Below are positions 53,989-64,000 of a DNA stretch of 64,000 bases, piece by piece. Below the pieces are notes generated by a model. That model made no database searches, was not told where the DNA came from, and saw only the letters and a program-made list of their open reading frames with translations. Position 1 is the stretch's first letter. Each line of letters opens with the position of its first letter. The position numbers and the translations under genes were made by a program. The stretch lies in NCBI GenBank assembly GCA_951406725.2, contig OX597817.1, positions 147,064,001 to 147,128,000 of the forward strand, read 5' to 3'. The DNA comes from Octopus vulgaris. Lineage: Eukaryota.

Positions 53989-54606
53989 ATATATATAAAA
54001 TATATTGCAACCCTTTTAAATGAGGTAAGTTTTGAGAATGTGATGGGCAGAACACGATTTCAATGATTAAGAAATAGAAATGAGAACCTAATAAACGTTT
54101 TACAACAGCAAAGAGAGAAATATAGAATATTTTGCTAAATTTCGTAAGAAGAAAAAACAAAGCATGAGTTTGAGGAGACAACATGAGAGAGATGGAAGAA
54201 GAAATCAAGTAAGGCATGGAAGAATAAAATCCAAGAATTGTTTATCACAAGAAAGACCATAGGGCAATCCATGCTTTCAGTCTGTTGAAAGAGGACGATA
54301 TCAGATTACCAAGATTATGACGATACTGATTATGGTAATGGTGGTAAGATTACGAAGATGATGATGATGATGATGTTAGATTAAGGTGATGATGGTAATG
54401 AGGATAATGATGAAAGTCATAGTGATGATGATGTATGCATGTATGTGCATGTGTATATACACATGTCTAATATTTTTGTACATGCATGCGTATATACATA
54501 TATATATTCATAGTGTACACATACACACATGTACACATACATGCAGGTATTCATATGTAGATGAACAAATGAGTGTGTGTGTGTATATATATTTATATAT
54601 ATGTTT

Positions 54607-54665
<59 letters not shown>

Positions 54666-54696
54666 TATACATATATATACTTATACATAAATACAC

Positions 54697-54737
<41 letters not shown>

Positions 54738-55385
54738 TTCACATGTGCATGAAAAATTTATGTATTCCCACATACACACAAACATAGGTGCACATGCACA
54801 CATGTATACATAAATACGTACATACATATATACATACATATGCATATATATATATATGTTTTGTGCGTGTATTCGTGTGATTGTGTTAGCATGCTTGTAA
54901 ATAAAGCATCCAAATTCACACGAAAGCATAGTTTCATATTCTCCTATTCTCATACGAGTAAAACTCTTAATTTAATTACTCCAAAAATTATACGTCAATG
55001 GATTCGTAGACAAATTATAAATTATGAAACATTGTCGCCATTTTTCTTTCACTGGTTGTCACCATATAAATGAAATACTGACTAATCAGAGCGACACACC
55101 ACCTCCCTAGGACATACGAGTAAAAGATTCATATTATTCTGAGATCCGGTGCTAACAATTAATTTAGATTTTCATTCCATGCATTGGTTTCATAACTTTA
55201 TATTTTTGATGTCCCATTAAATTTTGTGTCATCAAATACCATCTGAGTATGTAACTGTTTTGTTTGTTTGCGTGTATCGCCCGACATATTTCTTTCTCTA
55301 TTATGGTAGATAACCTCAGAAATAAATTATGATTCATGCTTTTACTTCACAGCTTTTCTTCTTCCCTTCCGTCGGTCTCTAATTT

Positions 55386-55487
<102 letters not shown>

Positions 55488-55754
55488 TCTCTCTCTTTCT
55501 CTCTCTCCTCCCAAGTATCTCACGCACATATAAAGTTCTTTACAACAGTTATGCCATGTTTCTCAGTTTCTGCATATCTCGAAAAGCAACATTTTGTATG
55601 TTTTTGTACGTTTTCTTTTCTATTACGCATGCGCGCGCGCACACACAAACACACGCACATATATATACACAAACATTTTCAGATATTAATGAATGGTTTT
55701 ATAAGACTGTTTGTAGCGTCTGTGAGTGTTTTAAAGAGTATATATGCGTGTGAG

Positions 55755-55817
<63 letters not shown>

Positions 55818-56341
55818 GTGTGCGTGTGTGTGTGTATACACATACATTTGTATTAACACATATCTAACATATAATACATATATATACGTAAGCATACATA
55901 CACACAAACTCACATGTATATACATACATATACATACACACATCCATACATACAGACGATCATCTTTCTTTCATCTATATATATTTATGATTTCGAAATA
56001 TCTAAATCTACTCAAGAGCGCTCATTTGCGTAGATATTTATAAATATACACTGTCTCTGTCGCTCTGTCTCTCTGTCTCTGTCTGTCAGTCTGTCTATCT
56101 GTTTGTCTGTCTGTCTGTCTGTCTCTCCCCCCCCTCTCTCTCTCAGTGTTTTCCTGCCTGTCCATCTGCTTGTTTGTTTCTCTCACTGTCATACACACAT
56201 ACATATATAGAATACATACAAATACATAGAAGCATACACTCGCGTTTCATGATAAAATAATTGAAAGATCATGAGTAATATAATTATCATTATCATTAAG
56301 AGCTGTAACCAGCACAACAGAACAACAACAACAGCAGCAGC

Positions 56342-56372
<31 letters not shown>

Positions 56373-56936
56373 GCAACAACAACAACAACAACAACAACAA
56401 GTGTCACAACAAAAGCGACAACGGCGATGATTACGACAACGACAACAGCAGCAAAAGCTTCAGTGACAATGACAGCAACAACAAAAACAACGTCGACAGC
56501 AACAAAAACACCAATAACAACATATGATCTAAAACAAGAAGCGATGTTGCAATATGTTGAAAAGAGAAGCAGAAAAAGGAAAATAAACATTTGAAATAAT
56601 GAAAGACAAGGAACGTCTGTCAATATGGCTGCCATAACTAGAAAAAAGAAATGCGTAAATAAATACATAAATGAAAACCTCTGAAGAAAATGACTATTTT
56701 TGGATGTTTACTCTGTGAAAGATTTAAATTTAACATTACAACATTACATATATGTAATTAGGAGTTGACACTTGAGCAAAATAAGAGAGCTGACCCACAT
56801 ACTCCTACATACATAATACATACAGGCTGACGTACAGAAAAACAGGCAGACAGACAGACCGACTCATGTAGGAGCACAAGTCTACGGACTAGAGACATAC
56901 GGAATACAAACATACGTATGTATGTATATATGTATG

Positions 56937-56970
<34 letters not shown>

Positions 56971-57088
56971 TGTATGTATGTATGTATGTATGCATGTATG
57001 TATGTATGTATGTATGTAGGTATGTATGCATCTATCTATCTATCTATCCATCCATCCATCAATCCATCCATCCTCTATCTATCTATCA

Positions 57089-57167
<79 letters not shown>

Positions 57168-57204
57168 CATCTACCTATCCATCTACCTATCTACCTATCA
57201 AACT

Positions 57205-57333
57205 TTTTTGCCGAACCACTAAGTTACGGGGACGCAAACACACCAGCATCGGTTGTCAAGCGATGTTTTTTTGGGAAGGAGGGAACAGACACACAAACAT
57301 ATATACACACACACGCACGCGCACACAAACACG

Positions 57334-57372
<39 letters not shown>

Positions 57373-57545
57373 ACACATATACGACTGGCCTCTTTCAGTT
57401 TCCGTCTACCAAATCTACTCACAAGGCTTTATTCGGCCCGAGGCTATAGTAGAAGACACTTGCCCAAGGTGCCACGCAGTGGGACTGAAACTGGAACCAT
57501 GTGGTTAGTAAGCAAGCTACTTACCACACAGCCATTCCTGCTCCT
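57205..57545 (-). mobile_element. SINE family A, tail missing
   Basis: Reverse complement of head and middle. Confidence 0.88.
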
Positions 57546-57646
57546 ATACTGGAAGAGGATAAAAAATAAACCATCAGTAGTAGAGGTTTAGCCGTAGCAA
57601 TAAAAGCAGCAGATAGAGTTCATTGAAGAAACCCGATCTTCGAAGG

Positions 57647-57726
<80 letters not shown>

Positions 57727-57735
57727 GAGATATAT

Positions 57736-57805
<70 letters not shown>

Positions 57806-58093
57806 GAAAAAATGGCTAATTTTCTCCAGATCGTATTTTGCCGTCTTCAGTTAAGGAAAAAATATTGGAACTACAGTTGCGGTTGAACGGTTTTTTTTAT
57901 TTGTCATAATCCTTGTTCGACCAGGGTTGTATTTGGGATTATCAACAGCAGCGCCAGACATGACAGTAACGACGATAAGAACAACAACATTAACAACAGA
58001 AGCAACAACAATCATATAGAAAAAAACATATATAGAAGTAGTACGAGAAACAAAACCTGCGTGAACTCAGAAAAGCTTCTTTCCTTCTTTCCT

Positions 58094-58145
<52 letters not shown>

Positions 58146-58285
58146 TCCTTCTTTCTTTCTTTCTTTCTTCACACACAGAAACAAACGCGTGCACATATAT
58201 ATATAAATATCTGTTTGTGTGTGTGTGTGCGTGTGTGTGTAAGTGTGTGCGTGCGTGTGTATATGTATCTATATGTGTGTGCATA

Positions 58286-58316
<31 letters not shown>

Positions 58317-58317
58317 C

Positions 58318-58456
58318 CGACAGGCTTTTTTCAGTTTCCGTTTACTAATATAGTAATATAGGGTATAGTAGGAGACACTTGCCCAAGATTCCACGCAGTG
58401 GGACTGAACCCGGATCCATGTGGTTGGTAAGCAAGCTACTTACCACACAGCCACTG
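58318..58456 (-). mobile_element. SINE family A head fragment
   Basis: GACACTTGCCCAAG..CCACGCAGTGGGACTGAACCCGG. Confidence 0.8.
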
Positions 58457-58587
58457 TATATTTGTGCTTAAAAAGTAAAGACTGTGTATTGAAATATTCT
58501 TTATACGATGCAGATTTTCACATCGAAAGTTGTTGATTAGCCACTCAATTGACATTTTATGTCGTATGTGTTCAATCAGGTAACGGT

Positions 58588-58890
58588 GGAGGCACATGGC
58601 CTAGTGGTTAGATCAGTGGACTCGCGGTCGAGCGATCGCGGGTTCGAATCTCAGACCGGGCGCTATGTGTGTTTATGAGCGAAACACCTAAGCTCCACGA
58701 GGCTCCGGCAGAGGATAATAGCGTACTTCTGCTGACTCTTTCGCCACAACTTTCATTCACTCTTTCCTACTGCATCTTTCAGCTCACCTGCGACGGACCG
58801 GCGTCCCGACCAGGTGGGGAACCTATACACCAAGAAACCGAGAAACCGGCCCTTATGAGCCAGGCATGGCTCGAGAAAAAACGAACAACA
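58588..58890 (+). mobile_element. tRNA-derived SINE with V-domain-like core (family D)
   Basis: Box A TGGCCTAGTGG, box B GGTTCGAATC, CCTGCGACGGACCGGCGTCCCGACCAGG core; flanked by direct repeat AATCAGGTAACGGT (about 58574 and 58891). Confidence 0.8.
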
Positions 58891-59724
58891 AATCAGGTAA
58901 CGGTCGAACACAGAGAATACAGAACTTAACATGGCAACATACAATTAGGTCGACGCACCAATTTTTTGTAATTAACACTGACAGAAACAACAACACATAC
59001 ACTTATGTGTACAAGTGGTTTGTGTGTGTGCGTGTTAATACAAATAGCAAATAATGGGTGCGTCGACAAAAGTACTCTACTTCGTTCGCTTCGCCTCAGG
59101 GAAGAGAACTCCGCCTTTCATCCTTCGCCAAGGTCGACCAAATGACAAGCAAAGGACTTTGGTCGATATCGTCAAATGAAACAAATAGTGGCGGTGCTCC
59201 AGCATGGTCGCAGTTCCATGACTGAGATAAGTAAATGAAAAAAAGAATAATAAATTTTAGAGTTTCAAAAGAACAATTATCCCAGGAACAGGCAGACATT
59301 TTTACGTATGGAAAACGTGTGCTTGTGTGTTTGTGTGCGTATGTAATTGTGTGCGTGTGATTGGGTAAATAAGGACGGGTGAGTGTGTGGGAAGGAAGAA
59401 AGAGGTAGGGAAGGAAAGGCAAGAAAACGGGAGAGATAGAAGGTAGTGAGGTCGCAAAGGAGTGAAAGAGTAGAGAGAGAAAGATGAGAGGCAGAGGGTT
59501 TCGATGGGAGATTTAGAATGAGAATGTGTGTGTGTGTGTGTGTGTGTGTGTGAGTGAGTATGTGTGAGAGAGAGGGAGAGAGAAATGAAAGAAATATTGA
59601 GAGTTACAGAGAGATAGAAAGAGGAGCAGAATGGGAGAGAAGAGCGAGACAAATGAACAGATTTAATGAGAAAGAAGCGACAAAAGATAGACAGATAGCT
59701 AGACATTGAGACTGATAGATTGAT

Positions 59725-59759
<35 letters not shown>

Positions 59760-59929
59760 AAGAGAGAGAGAGAGGTGTAATGAAGTGGTAAAGAATGAGA
59801 AAGAGACAGGGATGGTATATTGAATTGGGAAATAAAGGGGAAGCAGGTTTAGCGAAGTAGGATAGAACGAAAGAGAAAGAGAGGACAGAGAGAGCGAGAG
59901 AGAGAGGAAGAGAGGGGAGAGAGGGAGAG

Positions 59930-59980
<51 letters not shown>

Positions 59981-60159
59981 GAGAGAGAAAGAGAGAGAGA
60001 GAGAAGGTGCAGTGAAGTGGGAAATGATTCAATTATCGCTAATGACTTTATCTGTGAACTCATTAAGTTTTACGAAGGAAATAATTATCGACTTCATTGG
60101 GCGAGTTTCTCTGCTGGCAACGTCGCTAAGATGAACAGCTAGAGATACAAAACTAGGGC

Positions 60160-60160
60160 T

Positions 60161-60198
<38 letters not shown>

Positions 60199-60501
60199 CC
60201 AGAACAACAATAACAACAACAACAGTAGCAACAACAACAACATAGCAACAACTAAAATAATGACAACAGCAGCAAAGGCAACGATGGCACCGCCATGACT
60301 GCTCTAACCTTTACGACCATTATAACCACGACCTCTGTCCTCTTCCACCTCATCATCTCATCATCTCTTCATCTCATCATCTTATATCGCCATCGTTATT
60401 ATAAACCTCATTGTCATCATCATCATCACCATCATCATCCTCATCATCATCGTCATCACCATCATCATCCTCATCATCATCACCAGCATCATCATCTCCA
60501 T

Positions 60502-60560
<59 letters not shown>

Positions 60561-60834
60561 ACATCATCATCATCATATTCAACACGGCAGCGTTCTTGTT
60601 TCCGTCGCAGTCATGAGTATAGCTGTCATCGTCATCCTCTTAGTCATGATGATGATGGTTATAATAATCTTCCTCTTTCTCCTCTTCCTCCTCCTCCTCC
60701 GCATCATCATCATCAGCAGCAGCATCTGCAACACCTACTACATTAATAACTTACACCTTGGTCATTGAACTTTGCAGCTGGTAAATGTCGTTTCAGAAAG
60801 GAAAACGGCAGGCAGCAGCAGCAGCAACAGCAGC

Positions 60835-60893
<59 letters not shown>

Positions 60894-60950
60894 CGGCAAC
60901 AGCAGTAGCAGTTGCAGCACCAACAGTCTCAACGATAACAACAAGAAGCA
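60160..60950. repeat. (AAC)n/(CAT)n/(CAG)n trinucleotide cluster
   Basis: Direct reading. Confidence 0.9.
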
Positions 60951-61152
60951 TAAGTAGTGGCAAATATCTTAGAGGCAACTTCTTTAAAAACGATAGATGC
61001 AAAATATCTGAGAAAAACTTCAATATTGGGAGTCGACGTAAGCTTCATAATCTGAACGTGTCGCTCACTGAAAATGCCAAATTATAACCAATGTCCCACT
61101 TATGACTTTAGTTCGATCGTGATGGTTTTAACGAGACCGGTATGTTGTATAG

Positions 61153-61388
61153 AGGGCGGCGAGCTGGCAGAAACGTTAGCACGCTGGGCGAAATGCGTAG
61201 CCGTACTTCGTCTGCCTTTACGTTCTAAGTTCAAATTGCGCCGAGGTCAACTTTGCCTTTCATCCTTTCGGGGTCGATTAAATAAGCACCAGTTACGCAC
61301 TGGGGTCGATATAATCGACTTAATCCGTCTGTCTGTCCTTGTTTGTCCTCTCTGTGTTTAGCCCTTTGTGGGTTATAAAGAAATAGGT
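61153..61388 (+). mobile_element. SINE family B with TSD
   Basis: Full unit flanked by GGTATGTTGTATAGA at 61139-61153 and 61386-61400. Confidence 0.9.
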
Positions 61389-61699
61389 ATGTTGTATAGA
61401 TACATCATGTATCTATTACTTGTTTCAGTCTGAAGCTTGGACAATGTACAGAGCAACAGAACACAAGATAGATTGGACAAAACAAGCTGGAAAGACAGGC
61501 AATCAAACACTCTAGTACTAAAACAGCCAGAGTAACAAACACTCCAGTACTAGAGACAGGGTAACAAACACTCTAGTGGTAAAAAACCTGAAAGTCCAGA
61601 GACACCTGCCGTCGAAAATTAAATCCACCAAGTAATTTTATCGCTACCAAAATGTGGGTGTTCTATAAGAACAGACGATATTGGTATTTTAAACCAGGA

Positions 61700-62165
61700 A
61701 GACGCCTCCTCCAGCTGGTTATTCATGCGCTTCGCACTCGATATGTATTGCAAGCAGAGAAAGAACTTCCTACTATCCTTGGAGAATATTATATCACGTA
61801 ATTTCGATCTTACTTGATTATCCTCAGCGATGGATACTCGCCTGCTAGACATAGCGATAGTCTGACCTAGCTTGCAATGTAAATAAAGTGTCACACAGTT
61901 ATTGGATTTGCAGCTAGAAAACTAGTTCGTTAAGAAAATCTTTACTATCACATTTTGTACATACGATGCGCCACGAGACATAACCCTAGACCATCCTAGC
62001 AGGAAGTGTGAATAAAAAGGGAGCAAGAGGCTGTGAAAGAGGTTTTCGACCGATGCTGTCGGTGAATAATTCGGAAACAAGAGCCTGGCTGACTGCGTGC
62101 CTGCAGCATAACAAAGAGAGAACTGGAGAGTCTTGACAAACGGTCTCCTGGACACAGGGAGGACA
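61700..62165 (+). mobile_element. Possible old RTE-type LINE 3' remnant
   Basis: Broken frames give TILAGSVNKKGARG and RENWRVL, reminiscent of the RTE C-terminus; weak. Confidence 0.35.
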
Positions 62166-62167
62166 TC

Positions 62168-62566
62168 TTGTTACTCTTTAACTATTTGACTTGTTTAAGT
62201 CATTTGACCGCGGCCATGCTGGAGCAACGCCTTCAGTCGAGGAAATCGACCCTAGGACTTATTCTTTGTAAGCCTAGTACTTATTCTATTGGTCTTTTTT
62301 GCCGAATCGCTAAGTTACGGGGACGTAAACGCATCAGCATCGGTTGTCAAGCGATGTTGGGTGGGGGGACAAACACAGAACACAAACACACACACGCATA
62401 TATATACATATACATATACACGACGGGCTTCTTTCAGTTTCCGTCTACCAAATCCACTTACAAGGCTTTGGTCGGCCCGAGTCTATAGTAGAAGACACTT
62501 ACCCAAGGGACTGAACCCGGAACCAAGTGGTTGGTAAGCAGGCTACTTACCACACAGCCACTCCTG
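62168..62566 (-). mobile_element. SINE family A
   Basis: Reverse complement unit. Confidence 0.88.
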
Positions 62567-63213
62567 TTTGATAGCTAATAATTAATCCTTTACTTGAAAA
62601 TTCTTCATGCATCTAGGACGGTGCATCAACGGCACATTCTGAACTGCATTCTATAAGATATATCCTGCTTGAATGGTCAGCCGTCTCTCCCGCCTTACCC
62701 CCTCTCTCTCTGACACATTTTAACCGTTGTATTCATTCTCTTTTTCATCGATCAATGAAACAGAGAATTGTTTTTCGTCCTATTGATTTAAAATCTTGCA
62801 GTACAATCTTGTGACCTTCTGATTTGCTGAAAATAGTAATTAAATAGCCCACAAACCACACTCTAACACCTTAAATAAAGAAGGATGCATAGGATAATAT
62901 AATAATTGATATACAAGTAGACGGCTGGGTCATACGTGGAAAATGTCCGATCATATATAGGCTTGATCAGAGCAGGCCTGGGGCTAAACAACATCAACGA
63001 TCTACCACCAACACTGCTACCGCAACGTCGACAACAACCACCACCACCACAACTTCGGTGCAAATGTCTTTTTTAATATGGTGCCGTTTTTACAATCCTG
63101 TAAATAATGATAATGGTATTTTTATATACGCTTAAAATTTTACGGCGATCAGCGTGCAATGACTAAGGAAAATATAAGCCCACGACAAAAAAAAAAGCTT
63201 TCCTAACCGCATG

Positions 63214-63271
<58 letters not shown>

Positions 63272-63274
<3 letters not shown>

Positions 63275-63853
63275 GAGGGTGAGTCAAAATGTAATGCCAT
63301 TTTGTTTAGGTCAGGTATAATTACCAACACAGGAACATGTATCATACATCAAAATGATGCTGGTCCTCTGTGGATCACATCCCTACTTCTCAACATAGTC
63401 ACCGTATCTCTCTCAATAGCAAAATAGCAATGTTCTACCTCCAAATGAGAGCATGTATCCCTGCCCTGTAAAATTATGTTGATTGTTCTTTAAGCCACTT
63501 CTTCACTACAGTTTTCACTTCCTCGTCACTGGAATGATTTAGTGCATTCAGACAATCATCTCTTCGGCCCCAAGAAAGAAAGTATGAGAGGCAAACATTA
63601 TTCCAGTGACGAGGAAGTGAAAACTGTAGTGAAGAAGTGACTCAAAGAACAGTCAACAGAATTTTACGGGGCAGGGGATACATGCTCTCATTTGGAGGTA
63701 GAACATTGCTATTGAGAGAAATGGTAACTACGCCGAGAAGTAGGGATGTGATCCACAGAGGACTAGCTTTCTTTTGATGTATGATACATGTCCCTGTGTT
63801 GGTAATTATACCAGTCCTAAACAAAATTGCATTACTTTTTGACTCACACTCGA

Positions 63854-63854
<1 letters not shown>
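63272..63854. mobile_element. Palindromic mariner-derived MITE made of two inverted 3' ends
   Basis: CGAGGGTGAGTCAAAA termini; about 265-bp arms (63274-63537 vs 63598-63852); right arm translates GKHYSSDEEVKTVVKK.LKEQSTEFYGAGIHAL, a mariner C-terminus. Confidence 0.9.
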
Positions 63855-63902
<48 letters not shown>

Positions 63903-64000
63903 TATACATATATACATATACATGCGGATAGGAAAGCCTTCTTTTTCTGTCGTGGGCTTATATGCCCCTTTATTAGAATATTTTCTCACCCTTGTATATA

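Noticed and set aside
58588-58662. Possible tRNA gene
   Set aside because: A and B boxes present but no clean acceptor stem; continues into a SINE body with flanking direct repeats.
60295-60768. His-rich ORF (beak-protein-like)
   Set aside because: Pure (CAT)n expansion lacking Gly-His repeat organisation.
61500-61580. Three roughly 30-bp repeats CAAACACTC.AGT resembling a CRISPR array
   Set aside because: Eukaryotic context, no unique spacers of constant length, no cas genes; a small minisatellite.

Overview
Eukaryotic, AT-rich, microsatellite-saturated DNA with no confidently identifiable host gene. The SINE families and the (TA)n/(TATG)n/(CA)n/(TATC)n load suggest a cephalopod (Octopus-like) intronic or intergenic region; this is inferred from recognising the repeats, not from a search. 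The only real long coding sequence is a near full-length CR1-type LINE on the minus strand (about 2609-7260). Its APE-RT ORF2 is intact; its ORF1 carries a 291-bp internal duplication and a single frameshift. Other mobile DNA: two full-length decayed mariners, a truncated mariner, two Tc1/mariner MITEs, fragments of a restriction-like-endonuclease (R4/Dong-like) LINE, a Penelope RT fragment, and over 20 tRNA-derived SINE copies from at least four families. The main unannotated signal is a dense set of sequence-unrelated type I hammerhead ribozyme motifs (five with a canonical core, several degenerate), most with palindromic stem III. They sit in short non-coding cassettes beside (TA)n tracts and are repeatedly bracketed by fold-back inversions. 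One cassette joins a tRNA-like Pol III head to a hammerhead inside a 15-bp target-site duplication. Nearly all other ORFs in the track are microsatellite artefacts. Coordinates of degenerate repeats are approximate, read by eye.
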